The notes beneath the pieces were generated by a model. It was given only the letters and a program-made list of their open reading frames with translations. It did not search any database and was not told the DNA's origin. Of a stretch of DNA of 32,000 bases, positions 14,398-23,766 are shown one piece after another (within the stretch, counting starts at the first letter, position 1; every line of letters begins with the position of its first letter). Position numbers and translations under genes: made by a program. Source of the DNA: Pirellula staleyi DSM 6068 (GTDB lineage Bacteria > Planctomycetota > Planctomycetia > Pirellulales > Pirellulaceae); assembly GCA_000025185.1 (NCBI GenBank), contig CP001848.1, positions 4,050,001 through 4,082,000 of the forward strand. The letters run 5' to 3'.

Positions 14398-15192
14398 ATG
14401 ACGAAGATTCACTGGTTCGATACCCACTGCCATCTCGCCGATGAGCAACTCGCGAGTCAAGCCGACGATGTTATCGCGCGGGCTAGTTCCGCAGGAGTTG
14501 CTGAGCTCCTCTCGGTAGCGACCGATGTACGGAGCACTCTCGCCTGCATCGCTTTGGCCAATCGCTATTCGGGAGTCTTTGCCTCGGCTGGCATCCATCC
14601 CAATCACGTGCTGGAAGCAGCACCGGGTGATTGGGACGAGATCGTGAAACTTGCCAGTCACCCGCGCGTCGTAGCGCTTGGTGAAACGGGGCTCGACTGT
14701 TACTGGAAAGATGTGCCCCTCGCGCAGCAGATCGACTACTTCGACCGCCATCTCGAGCTTTCGCGGCAGACCGGTTTGCCGGTGATCATTCATATGCGCG
14801 AGAGTGGCCAGCCGATTCTCGAGCAGCTCGAGCGCAACAGCGCACTGGGACCGATACGAGGGGTGATGCACTCGTTCACCGGCGATGCACAGATGGCCGA
14901 AACGGTGCTTTCGCTCGGACTCCATATCAGTTTTGCTGGTATGCTGACCTATAAAAAATCGGACGAACTGCGGGATGTCGCCAAGATCATTCCGCTCGAT
15001 CGTTTACTGGTCGAGACCGATTCGCCCTACCTTTCACCCCACCCGCATCGCTCGGTCCGTCCCAATGAACCGGCGATGGTGATTCACACGGCAGCATGTT
15101 TGGCGGAAGCACGTGGCATGTCGCCAGCCGACTTATCAAGTGTCACGCTCGCCAATTCTCGTCGCCTATTTGCCTTGCGGGAAAGCACTTAG
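14398..15192 (+). CDS. tatD: TatD-family metal-dependent hydrolase/deoxyribonuclease
   Basis: 'WFDTHCHL' N-terminal His motif, 'GETGLDCYW', 'IIHMRES', 'GVMHSFTG' and 'LLVETDSPYLSP' are the canonical TatD/YcfH motifs. Confidence 0.9.
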   Translation: MTKIHWFDTHCHLADEQLASQADDVIARASSAGVAELLSVATDVRSTLACIALANRYSGVFASAGIHPNHVLEAAPGDWDEIVKLASHPRVVALGETGLDCYWKDVPLAQQIDYFDRHLELSRQTGLPVIIHMRESGQPILEQLERNSALGPIRGVMHSFTGDAQMAETVLSLGLHISFAGMLTYKKSDELRDVAKIIPLDRLLVETDSPYLSPHPHRSVRPNEPAMVIHTAACLAEARGMSPADLSSVTLANSRRLFALREST

Positions 15193-15218
15193 CAGCGGTT
15201 TTCCGGGCTTTGCTCTGG

Positions 15219-15246
15219 TTTACGCAGCGTGTGTCCGCTCTATAAT
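15219..15246 (+). promoter_or_regulatory. Candidate sigma70-type promoter for trxB (TTTACG-N16-TATAAT)
   Basis: -35-like TTTACG at 15219..15224, a 16-nt spacer, then a perfect TATAAT at 15241..15246. It lies 125 nt upstream of the trxB GTG. It is part of the recurring CTCTATAAT motif. Confidence 0.3.
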
Positions 15247-15370
15247 TTCAGGCTTCAGCGACAAGCGAGCAGGACGCAAGTTAGCTGCCCAGATCATTCA
15301 TTATTTGTCGGGTCGAACGTTAAGTGAGTCGCCCTGACAGCGTCAACTTAGACAACAAGGAAGCTTAGCC

Positions 15371-16429
15371 GTGGCAGAGCATGTGGTGATTATCGGTAGT
15401 GGACCAGCAGGCTGGGCAGCAGCCATTTATGCCTCGCGCGCGAACTTGCATCCCCTCGTGTTCGAAGGTGCCGAGACCGAAGAAAACCGAGTTGCCGGTA
15501 CACTTCCTCTGGGGCAGCTGAACCTGACGACCGAAGTCGAGAATTATCCTGGTTTTCCTTCGGGTAAGCTCGATGGCTATATCTCGTCGGCTTTGCCGAA
15601 GGATCGCATCGATACTTATTTGGCACCGCTCGAAGAGCATCCCCATGCGGTGACAGGTCCGGAGCTGATGAACCTGATGCGTCAGCAAGCGGTGAATTTC
15701 GGCGCGCGGATCATCACCGACGATGTGGTCGATATCGACTTCAGCAGCCGACCCTTCAAGCTCACCTCGCTCGAAGGTCAGAAGGTCGAAGCCGAGACGC
15801 TGATCATCGCCACCGGAGCGCGAGCCAACTATCTTGGTCTCCCCTCGGAAGACAAGTTCAAGAACCGTGGTGTGAGTGCCTGCGCCGTTTGCGATGGTGC
15901 ACTTCCCCGCTTCCGCAACAAGCCGATGGTGGTGGTGGGTGGTGGCGACTCCGCTGTCGAAGAGGCGACGTACCTCACCAAGTATGCCTCGACTGTGCAC
16001 ATGATTTTGCGTCGCGATCAGTTCCGCGCATCCAAGATCATGGCTCAGCGGGCACTCACCAATCCGAAGATCCAAACGCACTACTTCCGTGAAGTCGTGG
16101 AAGTTCTGGGCAACGACAAGGAAGGGGTGACGGGCGTGAAGCTGGCGAGCACCCAAGGAGATGGAGTGACTGAAGAGCTCGACGCTCGCGGCCTGTTTCT
16201 CGCGATTGGCCACACGCCCAACACGGCGTTTTTGAAGGGGGCTCTTGAGCTAACCGACAAGGGCTACATTCGCTGGACACAAATGTATCGCACCATCACC
16301 AGCGTCGAAGGTGTGTTCGCTGCAGGTGACGTGGCCGACGACTACTATCGTCAGGCGATCACCTCGGCTGGAACAGGCTGTATGGCAGCGCTCGATGCCG
16401 AACGCTATCTCGCTGCCAAGGGGCTGTAA
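15371..16429 (+). CDS. trxB: Thioredoxin-disulfide reductase
   Basis: FAD motif '[16 protein letters not shown]', redox-active 'CAVCDG', NADPH motif '[15 protein letters not shown]...RRD', and C-terminal 'VFAAGDV...[22 protein letters not shown]'. GTG start. Confidence 0.9.
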   Translation: MAEHVVIIGSGPAGWAAAIYASRANLHPLVFEGAETEENRVAGTLPLGQLNLTTEVENYPGFPSGKLDGYISSALPKDRIDTYLAPLEEHPHAVTGPELMNLMRQQAVNFGARIITDDVVDIDFSSRPFKLTSLEGQKVEAETLIIATGARANYLGLPSEDKFKNRGVSACAVCDGALPRFRNKPMVVVGGGDSAVEEATYLTKYASTVHMILRRDQFRASKIMAQRALTNPKIQTHYFREVVEVLGNDKEGVTGVKLASTQGDGVTEELDARGLFLAIGHTPNTAFLKGALELTDKGYIRWTQMYRTITSVEGVFAAGDVADDYYRQAITSAGTGCMAALDAERYLAAKGL

Positions 16430-16482
16430 GCAACTGCAATCTCGCGGCGGATTTTCACGTCCGCTTGATCAAGAAAACTACG

Positions 16483-16529
16483 ATGGCCGTGATTCTCGCT
16501 GCGAGGCGAAGAGTCGCGGCCATTTTTTT
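16483..16529. terminator. Rho-independent terminator between convergent trxB and dedA
   Basis: 10-bp stem ATGGCCGTGA (16483-16492) pairs with TCGCGGCCAT (16514-16523), with one G-U pair. It is followed by T7 (16523-16529) on the + strand. The complement is followed by a weaker TTTTCTT. Confidence 0.6.
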
Positions 16530-16558
16530 AGGCGCGGTACGAAGTGGATTCACGAAGA

Positions 16559-17233
16559 CTACGATGCGGTCGCGCCGTTTTCGTCGGACTTCTTCTCGGG
16601 TTTGGCAAAACGGTGCCTGACAAACTCGTAGATCGCCGGCAATATTGAGATCGCGATTATCCCGAGTACAACCAGGCTAAACCGTTCCTCAACGATCGGG
16701 ATCTTCCCGAAGAAGAAGCCGAGCATCACGAAGCTGACTACCCACACGATGGCGCCGATGACGTTGAAGGCGAGAAAGCGGGGGTAGTTCATGTTTCCAA
16801 CACCCGCGACGAAGGGGGCAAAGGTTCGCACGAACGGCAGAAAGCGAGCGAGGATGATGGTCTTGCCACCATGCTTTTCGAAAAAAGCTTCAGTCGCCGC
16901 AAGATGCTTGAGGTTGATCCAGCGCGAGAATTTTCCGGCGAGAACGCGTGGCCCCAGGTAGCGACCAATGTGATAGTTCACCGTGTCCCCCAGCACGCCG
17001 GCAATAATCAAAAGGCCAATCAAGTAGCCAATGTTCAGGCCACTTTCGGGGTTCGCGGCAATCGCTCCAGCTGCGAATAGCAGCGAGTCGCCGGGTAGAA
17101 ACGGCATGATCACGAGTCCCGTTTCGCAAAAAATAATTGCAAACAGGATCACGTAGGTCCATGTGCCGTAGGTGGCTACCAGCGTCTTCAGGTGCTCGTC
17201 GATGTGAAGGATAAAGTCGATCGGATTGAACAT
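16559..17233 (-). CDS. dedA: DedA-family inner-membrane protein
   Basis: 'IMPFLPGDSLLFAAGAIAA', 'GRYLG' and 'GGKTIILARFLPFVRTFAPFVAGV' are hallmark DedA/SNARE-associated motifs. The ORF opens at TTG 17263, but ATG 17233 (MFNPIDFIL...) is preferred. Confidence 0.85.
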   Translation of the reverse strand: MFNPIDFILHIDEHLKTLVATYGTWTYVILFAIIFCETGLVIMPFLPGDSLLFAAGAIAANPESGLNIGYLIGLLIIAGVLGDTVNYHIGRYLGPRVLAGKFSRWINLKHLAATEAFFEKHGGKTIILARFLPFVRTFAPFVAGVGNMNYPRFLAFNVIGAIVWVVSFVMLGFFFGKIPIVEERFSLVVLGIIAISILPAIYEFVRHRFAKPEKKSDENGATAS

Positions 17234-17311
17234 CGAACGGGCTCGCGGTCGCTGTGGGCTCAAGAGAACTTGCCATACGCTGGCCAGATCGGTGCGGCGC
17301 TGGCTGGGCGA

Positions 17312-17340
17312 AGTATAGGGCTTAGGCGTTTTTCTGCGAA
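17312..17340 (-). promoter_or_regulatory. Candidate promoter for dedA (TTCGCA-N17-TATACT on the minus strand)
   Basis: The reverse complement of 17335..17340 is TTCGCA and that of 17312..17317 is TATACT, with a 17-nt spacer. It lies about 50-80 nt upstream of the possible dedA starts. Confidence 0.25.
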
Positions 17341-17466
17341 CAGCGAAACGGCAATACGAAGCCGCGCTTGCTGCTCGGGTAAATCGCCTAGAGATTCTAG
17401 GTTACGCTTCCTGGCCACGCTGTTTGCGATCGGACTGCTAGGTTCCGCTTAGACCGAAGCTATCGA

Positions 17467-19149
17467 TTATTCGGGGAGTGGTTTACCACGCGTTTCGGGG
17501 GCAAACCAAATGAGCACCATGCCGACGAGATAAACCGTCGTGATGATCGTGCAAGCGGCTGGATGACCGGCCGGGATGGTGATGAATCCGAGGTCGATGT
17601 TGCTGCTGAATTGCTTCAGCAAGTTGCCGACTTGCAGCACGCCGATAGCGGCGAGGATTCGCCCGAAATTAAAGCTAAAACCTTGCCCTGTCGCCCGCAC
17701 GCTCGTGCGAAACAACTCGGGCAAGTAGAGTGGCAACCAGCCATAAAAAGATGCTGTGCAGGTGCCGTTGATGAACGCGCAGGTGAGGAGCCAAGGGCCA
17801 TACTCGGTGTTGCCTAGGAACAGCAGATAGGCGCTGGCGACCGACAGGCCACAGAGCAGAAAGTAGGCCAATCGGCGCCCGAACCAGTCTCCCATAAAGG
17901 CCGCCCCAATCGTGCCGACGATCGCCCCAATCGAGAGCCAAATGAGGGTGTATTCTTTAGCGCGCGGCTTCACGAGCGCTTCGGCTTCAGTGGTTTTACC
18001 GGCATCGATCAGGGCCTGCTTTTCGGCGCTGAACTTGGCTTCGGTGATTTTGTCGACCCACGAAGGTGCTTGTTGCGTCGAACCCCAAGTGCCCAGCAGC
18101 GCGACACCGCTGAGGCAAGCAGCCAGCACCATCCGCTGCAGTGTGAGTTTATACGGAACAGCATCGGTTCCCGCTGCGAAATGTTGACGCTGCAAAAAAC
18201 GCACGACCGGGTAGATATAGCCGAGCGAGGCAATAACGAGTCCGACGAGCGTGGCTACGATTCGAACAGCAATCGAATGGTCAATGGAGCCTGACTTATC
18301 AAACGCCCAGAAGTACACAATCAGGGCTGGCCCCACCATACCCACGAGCACGGCGAGCAAGTCGACGGTAGCCCAGTTCGAGGTCGATCCTTTTTCGTTT
18401 TCGTGTTCCCACTTTTCGGACTCGGGTACAAACACGCGAATGAAAAATGTTAGTAGCGCGGGTAGCGTGCCAGCGATCATCATCAGTCGCCAGCCGCTGT
18501 TTGCGACGAGCATATCGACCCAGCTACCGGGGAGCCCCATGCCGCGCATGCCGCCCTCCATCGAGGCCAGGAATTGCAGCAGTCCAATGCCGAGGAAACC
18601 GACGAGCAAATAGCCGACGTTGGCCGCTGCACCGATGAGCCCCGCCATGAACGCCCGCGATTTGTTGGGCCAAACTTCCATGACCAGCGCCACCCCGAGC
18701 GACCATTCGCCCCCCATGCCGAGCGCCGCGATGAATCGCAACACACCAACTTGGATCGGATTAAAAGCAACACCGCACAGCCCAGTGAAGACAGCATAGG
18801 TGAAGACGCTGAGGGTCATGGCCCGCACGCGCCCGATACGGTCTCCGAGCCAGCCGAACAGAACGCCACCGGTGGCCGCGCCGACGAGAAATCCTGCTGT
18901 GATGACGTTGAACCAAAGTCCCACTTGGGCTTCGTCGTTGGTGTCGAGCAAATCCTTGACCGCTTGACGTCCCACGAGCGAAAACACCCCCATTTCAGCT
19001 CCGTCGAACATCCAGCCGAGCAAGGCGGCTGCAAGTGCCATCCAGGCGCCCCGACCGGTCGACTCTCCCCCCGAACTCGACGCCAATTTGCTCGTTTCCT
19101 GCGATCCGGCAGGGGATCGTCCCCAGTGCTTGGTGGCGTGGAGTTTCAT
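17467..19149 (-). CDS. MFS transporter (substrate unknown) with a long central loop
   Basis: About 12 hydrophobic segments. MFS motif A appears in both halves ('GWLGDRIGRVRAM' and 'MGDWFGRRLAY'). The central hydrophilic loop is ~60 aa. Confidence 0.85.
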   Translation of the reverse strand: MKLHATKHWGRSPAGSQETSKLASSSGGESTGRGAWMALAAALLGWMFDGAEMGVFSLVGRQAVKDLLDTNDEAQVGLWFNVITAGFLVGAATGGVLFGWLGDRIGRVRAMTLSVFTYAVFTGLCGVAFNPIQVGVLRFIAALGMGGEWSLGVALVMEVWPNKSRAFMAGLIGAAANVGYLLVGFLGIGLLQFLASMEGGMRGMGLPGSWVDMLVANSGWRLMMIAGTLPALLTFFIRVFVPESEKWEHENEKGSTSNWATVDLLAVLVGMVGPALIVYFWAFDKSGSIDHSIAVRIVATLVGLVIASLGYIYPVVRFLQRQHFAAGTDAVPYKLTLQRMVLAACLSGVALLGTWGSTQQAPSWVDKITEAKFSAEKQALIDAGKTTEAEALVKPRAKEYTLIWLSIGAIVGTIGAAFMGDWFGRRLAYFLLCGLSVASAYLLFLGNTEYGPWLLTCAFINGTCTASFYGWLPLYLPELFRTSVRATGQGFSFNFGRILAAIGVLQVGNLLKQFSSNIDLGFITIPAGHPAACTIITTVYLVGMVLIWFAPETRGKPLPE

Positions 19150-19373
19150 GCGACGGGTTCTTCTCGACGGATGGTGGCGGGTGTGAGAGGATCAGCAGCG
19201 GTGCCGCAGCGGTCGTGGGGAATCTTTGTCGCCGCTATTGTACGAACTATGCCGGACTTTTCACACCGTCGTGAAACTGCGAAAATCATCTGTATTGGTA
19301 CAAGAGTCAGGCACCACTACTTCTTCCTCGCAAAAAACTTTAACGCACTGGTTCAGCACCACGGAAGGCATCT

Positions 19374-20762
19374 ATGCGTATCTCGGTTCACGACGCACGT
19401 CATCCCGATTCCATTGGCAAGCAAGCAATCATTCGAGGCTGGGTCCGGACGCGGCGCGACTCGAAGGGGGGCTTCAGCTTTATCGAAGTGAACGACGGTA
19501 GTTCGCTGGGTGGTCTGCAAGTGATTGCCGATGCCACGCTGGCCAACTACGAATCGGAAGTCAAAAAACTGACAACCGGTTCGAGCGTGACGATTGCTGG
19601 CGAGATCAAGCCAAGCGGTGGCAAAGGCCAAGCGACCGAACTGTTGGCCTCGAGTGTGGAAGTGCATGGCTGGGCCGATGCCGAGGCCTATCCCCTGCAA
19701 AAGAAGCAGCATTCGCTCGAGAAGCTTCGCGAGTGGGCTCATTTGCGCCCCCGCACTAACACGTTTGGCGCTGTTGCGCGGCTGAGGAATTGCATCAGCC
19801 GATCGATCCACAATTTTTTCCAAGAAGATGGATTTCTGTACGTCAACACGCCAATCATCACCGCCAGCGACTGTGAAGGAGCCGGCGCGATGTTTCGCGT
19901 CACCACGCTCGATCTCGAGAAGCTGCCGAAGGTGGATGGCAAGGTCGACAACTCGCAAGACTTCTTTCAAAAGCCTGCCTACCTGACGGTGAGCGGTCAA
20001 TTGGAAGGGGAGATCTTTGCCTGTGCTCTCGGGAAGATTTACACCTTTGGTCCGACGTTTCGTGCCGAGAACTCCAACACCTCGCGGCACCTGGCCGAGT
20101 TTTGGATGGTCGAGCCCGAGGTAGCGTTCAACGATCTCGACGACAACATGACCCTCGCCGAACGTTTCTTGAAGCGCATGTTCAGCGACGCGCTCAGTCA
20201 GTGTGGCGAGGATCTGAAATTCTTCAACGAACATGTCGACACGACGACGATCGCGACGCTTGAAAAACTGGCGACGAGTGAGTTTCGCCGCATCAGCTAT
20301 ACCGAAGCGATTTCGATCCTCGAAACGTGTGGCGAAAAGTTCGATTACCCAGTGAGCTGGGGCTGCGATCTGCAGTCGGAACACGAACGCTACTTGACCG
20401 AGAAAAAGTTCGACGGACCGGTGATCCTGTACGACTACCCGCGCTCGCTGAAGCCGTTTTATATGCGCGTGAATGACGACGGCAAAACGGTCCGCGCGAT
20501 GGATGTGCTGGTGCCGAAAGTTGGCGAGATCATCGGTGGCAGCCAGCGTGAGGAGCGGCTCGAGGTGATTGAGGGACGGATGGCCGAGCAGCACCTGAAT
20601 CCTGCCGACTACTGGTGGTATCTCGATCTGCGTCGCTTCGGCACGGTTCCCCACGCTGGTTTTGGACTCGGGCTCGAGCGAGCGGTGCAGTTCATCTCAG
20701 GTATGGCGAACATTCGCGACGTGATCCCGTTCCCCCGTACTCCCGGAAGTGCCGAGTTCTAA
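19374..20762 (+). CDS. asnS: Asparagine--tRNA ligase
   Basis: 462 aa. OB-fold N-terminus '[24 protein letters not shown]'. Class II motifs '[21 protein letters not shown]', 'GGSQREER' and '[25 protein letters not shown]' are AsnRS-specific. GGAAGG lies 5 nt before the ATG. Confidence 0.93.
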   Translation: MRISVHDARHPDSIGKQAIIRGWVRTRRDSKGGFSFIEVNDGSSLGGLQVIADATLANYESEVKKLTTGSSVTIAGEIKPSGGKGQATELLASSVEVHGWADAEAYPLQKKQHSLEKLREWAHLRPRTNTFGAVARLRNCISRSIHNFFQEDGFLYVNTPIITASDCEGAGAMFRVTTLDLEKLPKVDGKVDNSQDFFQKPAYLTVSGQLEGEIFACALGKIYTFGPTFRAENSNTSRHLAEFWMVEPEVAFNDLDDNMTLAERFLKRMFSDALSQCGEDLKFFNEHVDTTTIATLEKLATSEFRRISYTEAISILETCGEKFDYPVSWGCDLQSEHERYLTEKKFDGPVILYDYPRSLKPFYMRVNDDGKTVRAMDVLVPKVGEIIGGSQREERLEVIEGRMAEQHLNPADYWWYLDLRRFGTVPHAGFGLGLERAVQFISGMANIRDVIPFPRTPGSAEF

Positions 20763-20918
20763 TCACCGGCGATTCTTTTCGCGTTCACTCTCTCAATCGT
20801 TCACAATGAGTGCTTCTCAGCGTGCTTTGTGCTGCTGAATGTTTGTTGTTCGTCGCGTAGCGAAAATAGGACTGCACGCGAGCAACAAATCACTCTCCTC
20901 TAGTAGAAGGAAAACCTG

Positions 20919-21350
20919 ATGTTGCGATCGATCTTGGCGACGATGCTGTTGGCTTGCTTAACAGTATCGGCGGTGGCCGATGAGCCCCTGACCCACACCA
21001 CCGATTCGCTCGAAACGGTGAAGGAAAACGTGAAAGCGGGTAAGGCAGTGATCGTCGATGTTCGCGAGCAAGCGGAGTGGGATGAAAAGCATGTCGCAGG
21101 TGCGATTCACTTACCCAAGAGCAAGCTCGAGCTTTCGAGTGGGCTCGAGGAATTAGTGAAGCAGCTCGACAAGAGCAAGACGATCTATACTCACTGCGGA
21201 GCTGGTAAGCGGGCACTTGCTTGCGGTGAGATCCTCAAGAAAGCGGGCTTTGATGTGAAGCCGCTGAAACCCGGCATCAATCAGTTGCTCGAGGCTGGGT
21301 TTGAGAAGGGGAAAACGCCTGCCAGTGAAAAGCCGGCTACCCCGAACTAA
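20919..21350 (+). CDS. Secreted single-domain rhodanese-like sulfurtransferase
   Basis: Signal peptide MLRSILATMLLACLTVSAVA|DEP. Rhodanese fold motifs 'VIVDVREQAEWDEKHVAGAIHLP' and the active-site loop 'YTHCGAGKRA'. GAAGGA lies upstream of the ATG. Confidence 0.8.
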   Translation: MLRSILATMLLACLTVSAVADEPLTHTTDSLETVKENVKAGKAVIVDVREQAEWDEKHVAGAIHLPKSKLELSSGLEELVKQLDKSKTIYTHCGAGKRALACGEILKKAGFDVKPLKPGINQLLEAGFEKGKTPASEKPATPN

Positions 21351-21430
21351 AGCCCAAAATAATCGCGCCAGAGCTTGGCGAGCTACGTCGCGCTCGCAAA
21401 CTGGCGTGACGCTTGTGAGAACGGAAGACC

Positions 21431-21484
21431 AAAAAACAAACGGACACTCGGTCGCTATGATCGAATGTCCGTTTTTTCGTTTTC
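21431..21484. terminator. Bidirectional Rho-independent terminator between the convergent rhodanese gene and prpC
   Basis: 9-bp stem AAACGGACA (21438-21446) pairs with TGTCCGTTT (21466-21474). It is flanked by an A-run (AAAAAACAAA) on the left and a T-run (TTTTTTCGTTTTC) on the right, so it reads as hairpin plus U-tract on both strands. Confidence 0.65.
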
Positions 21485-21519
21485 TTGCGAGCTGCGACTC
21501 GCTGCCTGATAGTGTTCTG

Positions 21520-22635
21520 TTACCGCTCGCCAATCGGAAGAACATTGCGTGTCGCGGGACCGGTGTAGATCGCATCGGGGCGAATGATTCGGTTGTTGGC
21601 CAGCTGCTCGATCACATGAGCCGACCAGCCTGCGGTGCGTGCCATCACAAACAGAGGAGTGAAAACATCGCGAGGCAGTCCGAGATAGGTGTAGAGTCGC
21701 GCACAGGGCCAATCGACGTTGGGTGGGAGTTTCTTGGCATTACGAACGGTCGTTTCGATCGCGTCGGCAATCGCTTCCAGTTCGTTGTGCCCCCGCTCGG
21801 CGGCAACTTCGGCGGTGAGTTTCTTCAGCAGCACTGCGCGAGGGTCGCCATCTTTATAGACGCGATGGCCAAATCCCATGATTCGGACTTTGCGAGCGAG
21901 CGCTGCTTCGACCCACGTTTGGGCTTCTTCGACGCTATGCACACTTTCGAGGACATCGAGCGCCTTCTCGTTGGCACCACCATGCAGAGGACCTTTGAGG
22001 GCTCCGATAGCCGCCGTAATTCCGCTATGGAGATCTGAAAGGGTGGAGACGACGCAGCGTGCTGAAAATGTCGACGCGTTGAATTCGTGCTCGGCATAAG
22101 CGATGAGCGAAACATCGAGCGCTCGCGTTTCGCGCAAACTAGGGGACTCGCCACGGAGCATCCACAAAAAGTTCGCGGCAAACGAGAAACTCGGGTCGCT
22201 AGCCACTACCGAGAGCTTTTGCTTCATCCGGGTGCGCGCTGCAATCACCACGGGAATTTTTGCCAGCAAACGGATTGCTTTGCGCTGATTGGCAGCGGTG
22301 GAATTGTCGTCGGCATCGGCATCAAAATGCGCAAGCACGCTCACCGCAGTCCGCAGCACATCCATTGCAGGAACATCGGCCGGGATGTTGGTGAGTAGTT
22401 CGGCCAGCACCGGTGGAATCGATGCTTCGGCCCGCAGTGTTTCGCGAAATTCGCGCAGCTGCTGGATATTGGGTAAGTCGCCGAGCAGCAGTAGATGGGC
22501 AACCTCTTCGAACGCACAACGCTCGGTGAGTTGCTCGATCGGATAGCCGCGATAGGCGAGCCCACCTTCGAGTGTGCTGATCGCCGTCTCGCCTCCGACG
22601 ACACCTTCGAGACCTGGATGATACGTCGTGCTCAC
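21520..22635 (-). CDS. prpC: 2-methylcitrate synthase / citrate synthase family
   Basis: 371 aa of the short-type citrate synthase family ('GLEGVVGGETAIS', 'EHEFNASTF', 'GPLHGGANE', 'GFGHRVYK..DPRA'). The GTG start overlaps the prpB stop (GTGA). The prpC call comes from this coupling to prpB. Confidence 0.78.
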   Translation of the reverse strand: MSTTYHPGLEGVVGGETAISTLEGGLAYRGYPIEQLTERCAFEEVAHLLLLGDLPNIQQLREFRETLRAEASIPPVLAELLTNIPADVPAMDVLRTAVSVLAHFDADADDNSTAANQRKAIRLLAKIPVVIAARTRMKQKLSVVASDPSFSFAANFLWMLRGESPSLRETRALDVSLIAYAEHEFNASTFSARCVVSTLSDLHSGITAAIGALKGPLHGGANEKALDVLESVHSVEEAQTWVEAALARKVRIMGFGHRVYKDGDPRAVLLKKLTAEVAAERGHNELEAIADAIETTVRNAKKLPPNVDWPCARLYTYLGLPRDVFTPLFVMARTAGWSAHVIEQLANNRIIRPDAIYTGPATRNVLPIGER

Positions 22636-23513
22636 GTTGGTTCTTCTCCGCTGAAGTAGGCCTCGTCGCGCTGCTCGAACTGCCTGTATTCGAGCAAATC
22701 GTAAAGTTCGTCGCGTGTTTGCATCAGGTCGAGCAATTCGTGCTGCGTACCGTCGCTGCCGAGAACGGCAAGCGCTGTTTCCATCGCCTTCATCGCCACA
22801 CGCTGCAAGGTGACGGGGTAAAGGACAGCGGAGTAGCCTAGTTCGGCGAGCTCGTGAATCGTTAGGAGAGGACCTTTGCCAAACTCGGTCATGTTGGCAA
22901 TCAGCGGAGCATCGACTTCGCGCGCGAAGGCTTCAAATTCTTCTCGCGAAGTGAGCGCTTCGGGAAAAATCCAGTCCGCACCCGCTTCCAGGTAGCGATG
23001 AGCACGAGCAATCGCATCGGCCATTCCGGTCACGCCACGGGCGTCGGTGCGGGCGATGATCACGGTGCTGTCGTCGCTACGGGCATTCACAGCGGCGTGG
23101 ATTTTGGCCACCATGGCGCGTGGTTCAACGAGCGCTTTTCCCGAGAGATGTCCACATTTTTTAGGTAGCTGCTGATCTTCCAGCTGAATGGCGGCGGCAC
23201 CGGCTGCTTCGAGTTCGACCACCGTGCGCTCGACATTCACCACGTCCCCAAATCCGGTATCGGCATCGACAATGATCGGGATTTCGACGCTGCGTGACAG
23301 GTAGGTCAGCTGCTGCGTCAACTCGGTGAGTGTCAGGAGTCCCACGTCGGGCAGAGCGAGCACATTCGACGAGAGGGACGCGCCACTCAAATACACGGCA
23401 TCAAAACCCATGCGTTCGACGAGGCGTCCTGCCAGCGCACTGGGAGCGCCTGGAATTTGAATCGTGGACTCGGCGACCAATTGCCGCAGCCGCTCTCCGG
23501 GCGTGTCAGTCAT
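22632..23513 (-). CDS. prpB: Methylisocitrate lyase (ICL/PEP-mutase superfamily)
   Basis: 'IPGAPSALAGRL', 'YLSGA', 'DADTGFG' and the signature 'EDQQLPKKCGHLSGK'. The ORF opens at TTG 23528, but ATG 23513 with AGGAA just upstream is preferred. Confidence 0.88.
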   Translation of the reverse strand: MTDTPGERLRQLVAESTIQIPGAPSALAGRLVERMGFDAVYLSGASLSSNVLALPDVGLLTLTELTQQLTYLSRSVEIPIIVDADTGFGDVVNVERTVVELEAAGAAAIQLEDQQLPKKCGHLSGKALVEPRAMVAKIHAAVNARSDDSTVIIARTDARGVTGMADAIARAHRYLEAGADWIFPEALTSREEFEAFAREVDAPLIANMTEFGKGPLLTIHELAELGYSAVLYPVTLQRVAMKAMETALAVLGSDGTQHELLDLMQTRDELYDLLEYRQFEQRDEAYFSGEEPT

Positions 23514-23766
23514 GGTTCCTACTTTCAAAGCGATGGGGGGCTCGCGACGATCGCGCCTACTGAATCTTAGGCCTGCGCATGTCGCATGAGCAAGCCGACG
23601 AGCAGGTTCAGCGCTCGCCAGTGGTTCCCGGCGAACGAACTAGACTGGTGAGAAGCGGCTAGTGACGCTAGTTTGACAGTCCCACCGTAACGCATCACGA
23701 ACAAAATCCTGCGAACGAGCATTTTTTGGTCGATCGCGCCATGCTACTTGCCGCAGCTAACCTCGC

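Noticed and set aside
19353-20654. A 433-aa minus-strand ORF antisense to asnS. Other long antisense ORFs of the same kind: 15365..16213 -, 10563..11495 -, 11874..12674 -, 18574..19491 +, 29062..29856 -, 14350..14925 -, 4000..4572 -, 6940..7569 -, 2005..2541 -.
   Set aside because: Each lies fully opposite a gene with diagnostic family motifs. Their translations are Arg/His/Gly-rich with no recognisable motifs. This is typical of shadow ORFs in GC-rich DNA.
21301-22038. A 245-aa plus-strand ORF running from the rhodanese gene's 3' end across the terminator into prpC.
   Set aside because: It crosses a bidirectional terminator hairpin, overlaps two well-supported genes and has no motif support.
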